Positions 28,403 through 37,839 of a stretch of DNA of 64,000 nt are shown here, piece by piece. The stretch's first letter is position 1, and each line of letters begins with the position of its first letter. A model generated the notes under the pieces. The model saw only the letters and a program-made list of their open reading frames with translations. It did not search any database and was not told the origin of the DNA. The position numbers were made by a program, and so were the translations under genes. Source of the DNA: Spirochaetia bacterium (lineage in GTDB: Bacteria > Spirochaetota > Spirochaetia > CADAEX01); assembly GCA_963662795.1 (NCBI GenBank), contig OY759746.1, forward strand, positions 3,867,450 to 3,931,449, written 5' to 3'.

Positions 28403-29494
28403 TTATTTTTTCGTTTTTCTGCGTTTAGGTCCCGGTTTAGGCTTTTTCCGCAGACTGCCGGTTCCCATCATTACTGCAACCGGCCTTAAAAACGATATAT
28501 TCTGACATACAATTTTTATTGTTACTGTAATGGGGACAGAAAGAAGAGCTCCAACTGCCCCCCAGAGCCAGCCCCAGAAGACAAGTGAAAACAGTATTAT
28601 TACCGGACTCAGGTTAAGCTTGTTCCCCTGCATTTCAGGTTCAACAATATTGCCGAGTACCATCTGAATTGAAGTCATAGTAAGTGCTACAAGGACAACC
28701 ATGCCCACAGAAGGATAAAACTGGACGACGGATTGTATTGAGATAAAGAAAACTACAAGTATCGAACCGATATTCGGGATAAAGTTCAGAAAAAAAGCAA
28801 GTACCCCCCAGACAAGCGGGAAATCAAGGCCGATTATAAGTAACACCATCCAGACAAGAAAACCGGTAATTGTGCTTATAAGCAGTTTTATTGAAAGATA
28901 TTTCCCGACTTCCCTTGTTATATGCCCGATTACTATAAAGAACTTTTTACTTGTTCTTACAGGAAAGGCTTTTTTAAGCTTGATCCTGAAAAGGGGAAAT
29001 TCAAGGAAAAGGAAAATAAGGAAAATAAAGACCATCAATATATATCCGACAAGTTTGGTCAGCGAGTTGGAAAGGGACAAAAGATATCCACGGGAAACCT
29101 TGGCCCAGTTATAGTCAAGAAGAAAATCTGAGGTTGACACATTGAATCGGGTCATAAGCTGGTAGGAAAAATCCTTGTAAATATCCTTGAACTGCTCAAG
29201 ATACCATGGATACTGATCACTGAAAGCATTTATGCTGCTGTAGAGAATCATTACTATCAGATAGCAGAATCCGAAAAGAATGATAATGACAAAAGAAATG
29301 GCGATAATTCGTGGCATTTTTATGCTTTGCAGCGCAATAATGAGCGGATAAAGCATAAATGAAAAAAGAATGGCAATTACCATGGGAATAAAGACTGATT
29401 TCGCGACACTCAGCACAAAACCAAGAGCTATGAGTACTATTATACCTAAAAAAGCTGTCGCCAGTTTGTTTTTGAGCATGCCGAATAATATCAT
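28403..29494 (-). CDS. AI-2E family transporter
   Basis: Multi-TM; NFIPNIG, GNIVEP, LSPVII, WGWLWG. Confidence 0.9.
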   Translation of the reverse strand: MILFGMLKNKLATAFLGIIVLIALGFVLSVAKSVFIPMVIAILFSFMLYPLIIALQSIKMPRIIAISFVIIILFGFCYLIVMILYSSINAFSDQYPWYLEQFKDIYKDFSYQLMTRFNVSTSDFLLDYNWAKVSRGYLLSLSNSLTKLVGYILMVFIFLIFLFLEFPLFRIKLKKAFPVRTSKKFFIVIGHITREVGKYLSIKLLISTITGFLVWMVLLIIGLDFPLVWGVLAFFLNFIPNIGSILVVFFISIQSVVQFYPSVGMVVLVALTMTSIQMVLGNIVEPEMQGNKLNLSPVIILFSLVFWGWLWGAVGALLSVPITVTIKIVCQNISFLRPVAVMMGTGSLRKKPKPGPKRRKTKK

Positions 29495-29587
29495 AATTGG
29501 AATATTTGATTAATAGTGTTAATATCTTTTTTACATTTTTGTATGATTATAGTAGATTATAGTTGGTTACGATTAACGGAGGATTTT

Positions 29588-30106
29588 ATGATTTACAAAT
29601 ACGGGGAAATTACACCTGATACAGATAAGGCGGCTTTTATTGCTGAAAGCGCTGATATTATCGGTGATGTGACACTTGGAGAAGATTCCAATATATGGTT
29701 TAACACTACACTGAGGGGAGATATTGCCCCTATAAAAGTAGGGAAAGGATCAAACATACAGGACGGGGCAATACTGCATGTAAACCACAATATGCCCTGC
29801 GTTGTAGGGGATAATGTAACGGTCGGTCACGGGGCAATTATACACGCCGCAACAGTCAAAGACGGCTGTCTGATCGGAATGGGGGCCATTCTGCTTAACG
29901 AATGTGAAATAGGCGAAGACAGTGTTGTTGGTGCAGGCTCTCTTGTTACAGAGAGAAAGAAGTTCCCGCCCCGTTCCCTTATAATCGGGTCGCCTGCAAG
30001 AAAAGTTAAAGACATCAGCGATGATGACATTAAAAATATCAGGGCCAATGCATCTGAATATATTGCCCTTGGCAAAAAGACAGCAGAGAGCAATAAAAAA
30101 ATGTAA
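29588..30106 (+). CDS. Gamma carbonic anhydrase-like protein
   Basis: Hexapeptide repeats, LRGD, NIQD, H...VGH..IIH. Confidence 0.9.
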   Translation: MIYKYGEITPDTDKAAFIAESADIIGDVTLGEDSNIWFNTTLRGDIAPIKVGKGSNIQDGAILHVNHNMPCVVGDNVTVGHGAIIHAATVKDGCLIGMGAILLNECEIGEDSVVGAGSLVTERKKFPPRSLIIGSPARKVKDISDDDIKNIRANASEYIALGKKTAESNKKM

Positions 30107-30112
30107 TTATTA

Positions 30113-31375
30113 TCAGGATGTTGTACCCCAGATAGCGGCCATTATGTTCTTAAGCCTGGTTCTGGCAACAGCGAATGAATAATATTTAAGGCCCAGAAGA
30201 TAGTTTTTCTCAACCATGCGTGTTCTTGCTTCTGTGCTGTCGATTATCCTGTCTACGGCACTAACAGTTTCATCTGAAACATAATCATCCATCTCTATGG
30301 CACGGAAACCCTTGGGTCTTATATCGTGATAATAGATTGAATAGTTATTGACGAAAACAGGCTTTTTGTAATAAATAGCTTCGAGAAAAGCATTTCCGAA
30401 ACCTTCAAATACAGAAGGATAGGTTACGATATCGCAGGAATTATAGACATCCCCAAGTGTATAAACCTTCCGGCCGTTCTCCCTGGTATAGCGTTTTTTA
30501 TCCGTAATCAAATCGTCAGCAAAAACAGCTTTTATACCCATCAGGTTTATGTAATCCTTGACCCTGTTCTGGTATTCATAGCCTTCATCGCCTGAAGCAT
30601 GTGAAATAACCAGCGCTGCCTTTCTTTTCATTCTTGCTACAAGCTCAATTGCATGTTCGATACCCTTCCTCTGCACAACCCTTGTCGGCTGAAGGAACAG
30701 CAGCTCATCTTCATCTATCCCGAAATCTTTTTTGAGATCATCTATGTAGCCATCCCTTGGAGACGGCGGAGTTGAAAAATCCATAACATTGGGAATGAGT
30801 ACTCCGGCAATTCCGGTTCTGAGTCCAAGCTGGTTCTGTCCTGATGAGTTAATGACCACATGATACATTGAAGGAAGGTGCGGCGGACAGCTGGAGTTAA
30901 GATAATCCCAGATACAGTTTCGCAGGAAACGTTTCCTTTCCCAGAAAAAATCATGGTGGTGCGCAATTACCGGTATTCCGGTTTCCGCTATGAAATCAGT
31001 TACAGCCAGGGAAAGCGGTATATTGAGCGGAATTGTTATAATATTTTCAGGAACTATAATATCAATATCATATTTATTTACAAATTCATAAATCTTGTCT
31101 TTAATCAGTTTTCTGTATTCATGTATTTTTTCTGTTGTCTCTTTTGTTCTGATACTGTGATCGAAAATTTTATTGTTCAGTTTACGTATATCCGGATGTT
31201 TGAAATGAATAAGATCATAGAACATCGATTTTTCCGGCGGTGTTTCAATTTCTCCAGCCAGATAATAACATTCATATCCTTCATTCTCAAGAATATTTAC
31301 CCATTTTTCAGTCTCAAGCGATACACCGTCAGTCCCTGCAAAGCGGAAAGAAATAAAGCCAACTTTTTTATTCAT
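30113..31375 (-). CDS. GT4 glycosyltransferase (mannosylglucosylglycerate synthase-like)
   Basis: TDGVSLE, HHHDFFWER, RVVQRKGIE, YPSVFEGFGN. Confidence 0.8.
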   Translation of the reverse strand: MNKKVGFISFRFAGTDGVSLETEKWVNILENEGYECYYLAGEIETPPEKSMFYDLIHFKHPDIRKLNNKIFDHSIRTKETTEKIHEYRKLIKDKIYEFVNKYDIDIIVPENIITIPLNIPLSLAVTDFIAETGIPVIAHHHDFFWERKRFLRNCIWDYLNSSCPPHLPSMYHVVINSSGQNQLGLRTGIAGVLIPNVMDFSTPPSPRDGYIDDLKKDFGIDEDELLFLQPTRVVQRKGIEHAIELVARMKRKAALVISHASGDEGYEYQNRVKDYINLMGIKAVFADDLITDKKRYTRENGRKVYTLGDVYNSCDIVTYPSVFEGFGNAFLEAIYYKKPVFVNNYSIYYHDIRPKGFRAIEMDDYVSDETVSAVDRIIDSTEARTRMVEKNYLLGLKYYSFAVARTRLKNIMAAIWGTTS

Positions 31376-31493
31376 AGATCAACTCCAAAATACTGTAATA
31401 ATCTAAGCTTAAAATTATTTTATGCATTTCGCAATGTTTTTTTAATTTAATTCAGAATCATTTATATCATTTTGAAGTTTAATGGGGAAAAAT

Positions 31494-31524
31494 AAAAGGG
31501 GCTGTCCGCCTCGCGGGACAGCCC
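31494..31524 (-). terminator. Intrinsic terminator downstream of hsp20
   Basis: GGGCTGTCC/GGACAGCCC stem followed by a T-rich tract on the minus strand. Confidence 0.75.
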
Positions 31525-31554
31525 TTCTGCTCAGTCAGTTTTTAAAACTGGTTT

Positions 31555-31980
31555 TTATTTCTTAATTTCAATTCTTTTTGGCAGTTCTTTTTCTTTTTTG
31601 CTTACTTCGAGTGAAAGAACCCCGTTTTCAAATTTAGCAGATATTTTTTCTCCATCTGCATTTTCCGGAAGAATAAAAGATCTGTAATACTTTTCAAGTC
31701 TTTCTGATATAATATTCCTGCTGCCCTCATTCTTTTCCTCTCTGGCTGCTTTTTCGGCTTTTATTGTCAGAACATCCTTTTCAAGCCTTACATCTATTTC
31801 ATCTTCACTGAAACCGGGAAGTTCAATTGCAAAATCAAAAGATCCTTCTTTCTCTACAATATCTGTAAGTGGTTTTTTGAACTCATCATTAAGATTAAAG
31901 TCAAAAAAATCATCAAACAGATTGCCCCATACCGGCCTCAACCCTGACCTCAAAGGTCTGTAAGTAACTATGCTGTTCAT
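31555..31980 (-). CDS. Hsp20/alpha-crystallin small heat-shock protein
   Basis: ELPG, RSFILP, AKFENGVL, C-terminal IEI motif. Confidence 0.93.
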   Translation of the reverse strand: MNSIVTYRPLRSGLRPVWGNLFDDFFDFNLNDEFKKPLTDIVEKEGSFDFAIELPGFSEDEIDVRLEKDVLTIKAEKAAREEKNEGSRNIISERLEKYYRSFILPENADGEKISAKFENGVLSLEVSKKEKELPKRIEIKK

Positions 31981-32027
31981 ATATTTCCTCCTAAAAATTA
32001 TTTATTTAATATTTCATTTATTATATT

Positions 32028-32042
32028 GCAAATACTGTGCCA
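32028..32042 (-). promoter_or_regulatory. Sigma54 (-24/-12) promoter of hsp20
   Basis: Minus strand reads TGGCAC-AGTAT-TTGC with consensus spacing. Confidence 0.8.
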
Positions 32043-32275
32043 ACCTTTTATAATTATTGATAATTACTTATAATACAAAGATTTATAAATATTTTCCCCG
32101 CAATGGCCTCTATAATTAAAATGTGTAATCACTACTTGCTGTGTCATTATTTCTCATGGGTCAAATAGTCTCTATTATATGTGTCACATTGTCACACTTA
32201 TCGCAAAATAATTATACTTTGACCTGCCTTGAATCAATACGGGATATAATGTTTAATAGTCTGGAATTAAAATAA

Positions 32276-33598
32276 ATGATATCAGAAAAAAAACTTGATT
32301 ACACAGATATATTAAAATTCTGGGCGCCGCTTGCAATGATGTGGGTGGTCATGTCACTTGAAATGCCTGTTATCAACGCAGTCGTTGCCAGAATGAGTTT
32401 CCCGAAAGAAAATCTTGCTATTTTCGGCGTAGTGTTTTCAATCAGCCTGATAATTGAAGGGCCGATTATACAGATGCTCTCTGCTGCTACAGCGCTTTCA
32501 TCGAATTACAGCAGCTATAAAAAACTGTCCCGCTTTCTGTTTTTTTCCGTTTTCTTTTTAACTTCCATCCATCTTTTATGCGCAGCTCCGCATGTATTTA
32601 ATTTTATAGCAAAAAATCTTTTGAATTTGCAGGATGATTTTATTCATCCTGCGCGGATTTCATTTCTTATAATGTTTCCCTGGACATCAGCTATCGGCTA
32701 CAGAAGAATGTGGCAGGGCGTTCTTATCCGGGACGGCCGAACATACGCAGTGACCGCAATAATGATATTCAGGATCTTAGTGACAATATCAGTTCTTTTT
32801 GCAGGTTTTTTTCTCACTGAAATGAGGGGCTCATATATAGCCGCCCTTTCGTTAAGCGCAGGAGTAACTGCAGGAGCTTTAGCCGCAGGATTACTTGCTT
32901 CTTCTACAATCAGGAAAAGAAAAGCTGAGGAAAATGCCGGCTCTAATAATTCATGCGTTACCTGGAGTTACCTTTTTATTTTTTACGCCCCTCTTGCCCT
33001 TACCTCTTTTGTAACTATGGCAAACAGGCCTATCATCTCTGCCGGTATTACAAGGGGTCTTTTTCCGGTTGAATCACTGGCTGCATGGCCTGTAGTACTA
33101 TCATTTGTGTTTCTTTTCCAGAGTATCCCGCTTTCTTTTCAGGAAGCCGCAATAGCTCTTATTTCCGATAATAACAGAAAGACGCTTAAAAGAAGTATTA
33201 CAGTAATTGGAGCGGCAAGCGCTGCAGTATTTCTTGCCGCAGTAATTACCCCATTTGGAAGAAAAATATTTCTTTCACTGATTTCAGGCCTTCCTGATTA
33301 TCTGATTGATATTTCTCTGCTGCCTCTTTTGCTCATGACGCTGGTCTCCTTTGCCGCCCCTGCGATAGCATGGCTAAGGGCTGTCAATATAAGAAAAGGG
33401 ACAACTGCGAACATCGCCTGGGCTGTCGCGGTTAACCTGACTTTTGTCTCGCTGACTTTGGCAGTAATAAATCTTTTCTTTTCAATTTCCGGAATCATGG
33501 CTGCCGCATTAAGCTATACAACTGCTGTATGCGCAGAAGCGCTCTTTTTAACTGTAATGACAGGGAAAAAGATTATATCAGACAGCCCCCAGGCTTAA
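32276..33598 (+). CDS. MATE/ANKH-like multi-pass membrane protein
   Basis: About 12 TM with an internal repeat (FWAPLA...P.INA / FYAPLA...PIISA). Confidence 0.7.
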   Translation: MISEKKLDYTDILKFWAPLAMMWVVMSLEMPVINAVVARMSFPKENLAIFGVVFSISLIIEGPIIQMLSAATALSSNYSSYKKLSRFLFFSVFFLTSIHLLCAAPHVFNFIAKNLLNLQDDFIHPARISFLIMFPWTSAIGYRRMWQGVLIRDGRTYAVTAIMIFRILVTISVLFAGFFLTEMRGSYIAALSLSAGVTAGALAAGLLASSTIRKRKAEENAGSNNSCVTWSYLFIFYAPLALTSFVTMANRPIISAGITRGLFPVESLAAWPVVLSFVFLFQSIPLSFQEAAIALISDNNRKTLKRSITVIGAASAAVFLAAVITPFGRKIFLSLISGLPDYLIDISLLPLLLMTLVSFAAPAIAWLRAVNIRKGTTANIAWAVAVNLTFVSLTLAVINLFFSISGIMAAALSYTTAVCAEALFLTVMTGKKIISDSPQA

Positions 33599-33979
33599 GT
33601 CCCCGTGAATTTTAAGAACATGATTGTCAAAGTCTACGTACAGCTTTCTTTCAGGAAATACTTCTTCAAGTTTTTTCTGAAGCAGCTTTTTCACATCATC
33701 CTCGATTTCCCGGATATGCTCAGGATCAATTGTTTCAAGAGTCACCATCCTGATCTCAATCGCATAACCCTTTCCGTAAACAGAGCCGAAGCCTGCCGTA
33801 TAGCTGGCCCCGACATTGAAAAGACCGTCATGTGATTTATTGGAAGCTTTTCCTCTTTCAAGTCTGGAAGGATGCAGGCCGTAGAGCATGCCGTAGTTCT
33901 CTTCGAGATAATCATCTATATCATCGAATACCTTTTTAAGCTTATCATCAAATTCAGCCATCCTGGGATGGTAAACCAT
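33578..33979 (-). CDS. Hypothetical protein
   Basis: Overlaps the phnE stop; plausible soluble protein. Confidence 0.65.
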   Translation of the reverse strand: MVYHPRMAEFDDKLKKVFDDIDDYLEENYGMLYGLHPSRLERGKASNKSHDGLFNVGASYTAGFGSVYGKGYAIEIRMVTLETIDPEHIREIEDDVKKLLQKKLEEVFPERKLYVDFDNHVLKIHGDLSLGAV

Positions 33980-35448
33980 TAGATAAATTTTCTCCTGATC
34001 TCCGCGCTTACATAATCAAGTATCGCGACTGTTACAGCGATGAACCATACTGCAATACCGGCAGCATGATAATCAAGCAGCCTGATATACTGAACAAGGA
34101 GAAACCCTATACCTCCGCCGCCGACAAGACCGATTACAGTCGACATCCTTACGTTTATGTCCCACCTGTAAATCGAAAAGGAAACAAACGGGGGGATCAT
34201 CTGGGGGATGATTGCAAACATTATTGTCTGGATGCTGTTGGCTCCTGTTGCCTTAATTGCCTCGATAGGACCCGGATCAATGCTTTCGATTCCCTCGGAA
34301 TAAAGCTTGCCCAGCGCTGCGACTGAATGAATTGTCAAAGCGAGAATACCGGCAAACGGACCAAGGCCTACCCAGACTACAGCAATCAGTGCCCAGATTA
34401 AAGGCTCGATAGAGCGGATAATATTAAGTACAGTCCTTACAAAATAGTAAACAGCAACTGTAATCCATGAACCAGACATAATATTCCTTGCAGCAAGAAA
34501 ACTGACCGGGATTGAAAGTATGATGCCGAAGATTGTCGCCATCATTCCCATGAATATTGTTTCCACCATTCTCGCGATAGTAAGCTTAAGGGGGTCAGCC
34601 GGAATGGGACCGCCTACCCTGCGGATCTGTCTTACTTCCACCCTGTTAAGCTGCACCCCTTCCGCGCTTGGAGGGATCAGCCGGTAAGGCAATGTCATTG
34701 TAAACTCAAATTTTCCTTCAGCGTCAGGGGTTACTGAAAGATACTGCCCCCCTTCCCTTGGTCTGAACTCATTCTTGATAGAATCAAGCCACCATACTTC
34801 ACCAATTTCTCCCGGTGTAAATCCGCTTCCCCTTACCGTAATTTCTGTCCCTTTTACAATTTCATTGTTTTTATCAAGTGTCGAGAGAGAACCCCATCCG
34901 GGATCGGTTTCAACATAAGGTTTCCCTTCTGTCCTGATCTGCGCAGGAAGAACATAATCGGGATCATCAATTACCAGATCCGCACCGCCAGTTAGTTCTT
35001 CGGTTTTATAGGTTATTGCAGCTTTCCACGGCCAGAGTACTTTAGATAGTGGTTTCCAGGCATCCGGCATCTGGACTGCTGCTTTAACAACATCAATCTC
35101 GCTTATCTGCCAGCCGAGGCCGAAAAAGATAACAAGAATTAAGACAAAGACTCCGGGCCGTTTCTTTTTGGCGTTGTATTTAACCGAATCAATTGCTACC
35201 CATACCCAGAGAAGTAAGGTCAATACTATTAAAAATATAATAAAGCCTGGATTGTTCGAAAACGCTTTTTTAAGTACAGGAAAAAATCCTTCATATCTAT
35301 GGGCAAGAAGTGAGACTCTTGAGATTGAAAGGCCTATAATGCTTGTAAATGAAAGAATTATGAGGAGGCCTCTCTGAATATGCTTTCTGTAAAGATGACC
35401 GGCCCCGGGAAAGATAAGGGATAAAACGATCGGAGCAATATTTTTCAT
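33979..35448 (-). CDS. phnE: Phosphonate-type ABC permease with N-terminal extension
   Basis: ETIFMG, RSIEPL, GLGPFAG, LGKLYSE, RWDINVR, VGGGGIG. Confidence 0.85.
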   Translation of the reverse strand: MKNIAPIVLSLIFPGAGHLYRKHIQRGLLIILSFTSIIGLSISRVSLLAHRYEGFFPVLKKAFSNNPGFIIFLIVLTLLLWVWVAIDSVKYNAKKKRPGVFVLILVIFFGLGWQISEIDVVKAAVQMPDAWKPLSKVLWPWKAAITYKTEELTGGADLVIDDPDYVLPAQIRTEGKPYVETDPGWGSLSTLDKNNEIVKGTEITVRGSGFTPGEIGEVWWLDSIKNEFRPREGGQYLSVTPDAEGKFEFTMTLPYRLIPPSAEGVQLNRVEVRQIRRVGGPIPADPLKLTIARMVETIFMGMMATIFGIILSIPVSFLAARNIMSGSWITVAVYYFVRTVLNIIRSIEPLIWALIAVVWVGLGPFAGILALTIHSVAALGKLYSEGIESIDPGPIEAIKATGANSIQTIMFAIIPQMIPPFVSFSIYRWDINVRMSTVIGLVGGGGIGFLLVQYIRLLDYHAAGIAVWFIAVTVAILDYVSAEIRRKFI

Positions 35449-36236
35449 AGCCTGGTTCCTTTTACAGGTTTGCCTGCATTAACCCTTTCGGCTTCTTCCC
35501 CGTATATTTCCTTGAATTCGCGGTCTGTCATTTGTCTGATATCCTCGCCTGTTCCCCTGTAGACAATCTCTCCATCCTTAAGCCCTATTACCCTTGTTGC
35601 GTACCTCTGAACAAGATCAAGGTAATGGAGGCTGCAGATAACTGTAATATTCTGTTCCTGATTCATTTTTTCAATATAGCCCAGAATTGTATGGGCAAGT
35701 ACCGGATCAAGACTCGCTACCGGCTCGTCAGCCAGCACCATCAGAGGCTCCTGCATGATTGCCCTTGCAATACCTACCCTCTGCTGCTGCCCTCCTGAAA
35801 GCTCATCCGCCCTTTTATATGCCTGCTCAGTGATTCCTACTCTTTTAAGTGCTGAAAACGCATCCTGATAATCTTTTTTGGAGAATTTATAATAAAGGCT
35901 TTTCCACGTGTTAACACGGCCCAAGCGACCGGAAAGGACATTATTGAGAACACTCAGTCTTTTAACAAGATTAAAATGCTGAAAAACCATGCCTATCTGC
36001 GATCTGATTTTGCGGAGCTCTGCTCCCTTTGCAGTGCATACATCTGCTCCGTTCCAGATTATACTTCCCGAAGTAGGTTCCACAAGCCTGTTTATGCACC
36101 TGAGAAGTGTCGACTTTCCAGAGCCGCTGAGTCCGATTATTACAAGGAATTCCCCATGTTCGAGATTAAAGCTCACATTTTTCAGGGCCTGTGTCCCGTC
36201 TCCGTAGGTTTTTGACAGATTTTTTATTTCAAGCAT
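35445..36236 (-). CDS. phnC: Phosphonate-type ABC ATP-binding protein
   Basis: GLSGSGKS, LSGGQQQRV, ADEPVASLDP. Confidence 0.9.
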   Translation of the reverse strand: MLEIKNLSKTYGDGTQALKNVSFNLEHGEFLVIIGLSGSGKSTLLRCINRLVEPTSGSIIWNGADVCTAKGAELRKIRSQIGMVFQHFNLVKRLSVLNNVLSGRLGRVNTWKSLYYKFSKKDYQDAFSALKRVGITEQAYKRADELSGGQQQRVGIARAIMQEPLMVLADEPVASLDPVLAHTILGYIEKMNQEQNITVICSLHYLDLVQRYATRVIGLKDGEIVYRGTGEDIRQMTDREFKEIYGEEAERVNAGKPVKGTRL

Positions 36237-36320
36237 TTTTCCTGTTATCCGTTATTTTATTTAAAATATAAAGGGAGAAAAGCATAATGCGTCTCTCCCT
36301 TCGGTTTTCATAGTTCTTAA

Positions 36321-37226
36321 TTATTTTGTCAGATCGCTGATCTTAAGACCCGCAGCCTGGAGTACCTGACGGAACGGATCGTAGAATGTGTCATCCTTCT
36401 CTGTCAGATCGTTCCACTGATAGGCTGTCTTAAGAGCTTCTTTCCCTTCATCCGTCTTGACAATCTCAAGAAGGGCTTTAACAATTGTGGATCTCATTTC
36501 CTTCGGCATTGATTTTACGAACTGGACACCGTCATTGGGAATATCTGGTGTTACTTCAATAACTACAATTTTTTCCATAACATCCGGAAAGTTTTTTTCA
36601 ACCCTGGTTCTGGCATCAACATATGTAGCGCCTGCATCGACATCGCCGTTATAAACCGCGGCAACGACTGCGTCATGACTTCCGGCGTCAATTACTTCCT
36701 TTAAGTCCTTATCAGGATTAACACCGGCTGCCCTCAGGGTAAGCATGGGGATTATCCAGCCGCTTGTTGAAAGGGGATCCGGCCTTCCGAAAGATTTGCC
36801 TTTAAGGTCTGCAATTTTGGAAATTCCGCTGTCTTTTTTTACGATAATCTGTCCGTTGTAGGTAGGAGTACCGAATCTTACAGAAACAAGGGCGGCTTCC
36901 GCAACCCCTCTTTCTGCAGCAAGTACATAGGCAAAAGTCGCAAGGGATGCCATATGAGCGGCAGGAGGTTTTGCCGACATCGCCTCAATAACGCCGGCGT
37001 ATTCTGTCGCTACATTTGTCTTGAAATAAAGACCTGTCTTGTCATGCAGAAGATCCGCAACCGCCTGTGCGCCGGAAGCGACCCTTTCCATCTCACCGGA
37101 AGGAACAAAAGACCATATTATCGGGTTAGACTCTGAACCTAACGGCATTTCTTTTTTACCGCCTGCAAATAATGCTGAAGAAATCAGCAGAACTAAAACA
37201 ACAAGGATTGTAATTCTTTTCATCAA
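36321..37226 (-). CDS. phnD: Phosphate/phosphite/phosphonate ABC substrate-binding protein
   Basis: Signal peptide LFA-GG, STSGW, GSHDA, IPND. Confidence 0.85.
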   Translation of the reverse strand: MMKRITILVVLVLLISSALFAGGKKEMPLGSESNPIIWSFVPSGEMERVASGAQAVADLLHDKTGLYFKTNVATEYAGVIEAMSAKPPAAHMASLATFAYVLAAERGVAEAALVSVRFGTPTYNGQIIVKKDSGISKIADLKGKSFGRPDPLSTSGWIIPMLTLRAAGVNPDKDLKEVIDAGSHDAVVAAVYNGDVDAGATYVDARTRVEKNFPDVMEKIVVIEVTPDIPNDGVQFVKSMPKEMRSTIVKALLEIVKTDEGKEALKTAYQWNDLTEKDDTFYDPFRQVLQAAGLKISDLTK

Positions 37227-37266
37227 TATTCTCCTTTTTTTAAATTATATATTGAACATTCAAATA

Positions 37267-37815
37267 TCACAACTGAAGCTTTACTGAAAATTGAGGCCTG
37301 TAGCATAAAAGGCCCTTTTCCCTGACACTTTCCATGAGGGTAATCTCTTCTGCATTAACATTGATTTCAGGTATTGCTATATTCCCGGCCGCTTCCCTGA
37401 AATCCTTGCGCAGACGCACCTTTCTGCCCAGGGTAATATGGGGGGTAAAGCTCTTTTTTTCTTTATCAAATCCTGCTTTTACCAGTTCATCATTAAGATA
37501 GCTTGAAAGTTTCCACAGCTCCTCAGAGCCTTTATCTATCCCGAGCCAGAGGATTAAACCCTCCCTTCCTGAAAAATAACCCGGCATCCCTGCACTGAAT
37601 GTAAAAGGGGAGGATTCGCCTGCCGCCCTTTCCATCGCAAACCTTATTTCAGGGAGAAGGTCATCCTTTACTTCACCCAGGAATCTCAATGTAATGTGAT
37701 AATTTTCCCTGCGGGTAAAATTACCCCCTAAGGAGGAGCCTTTAAATTTTTCCTGTATCTGATGAATGATTTTTTTGTTTTTACTGTCTATTTCCGCAGC
37801 TATAAAAAGCCTCAA
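37267..37815 (-). CDS. thpR: RNA 2',3'-cyclic phosphodiesterase (2H family)
   Basis: MRLFIA; two HxT motifs (HITLRF, PHITLGR). Confidence 0.9.
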   Translation of the reverse strand: MRLFIAAEIDSKNKKIIHQIQEKFKGSSLGGNFTRRENYHITLRFLGEVKDDLLPEIRFAMERAAGESSPFTFSAGMPGYFSGREGLILWLGIDKGSEELWKLSSYLNDELVKAGFDKEKKSFTPHITLGRKVRLRKDFREAAGNIAIPEINVNAEEITLMESVREKGLLCYRPQFSVKLQL

Positions 37816-37839
37816 AGCCGCTCTCCCTTTTTAAATCGG

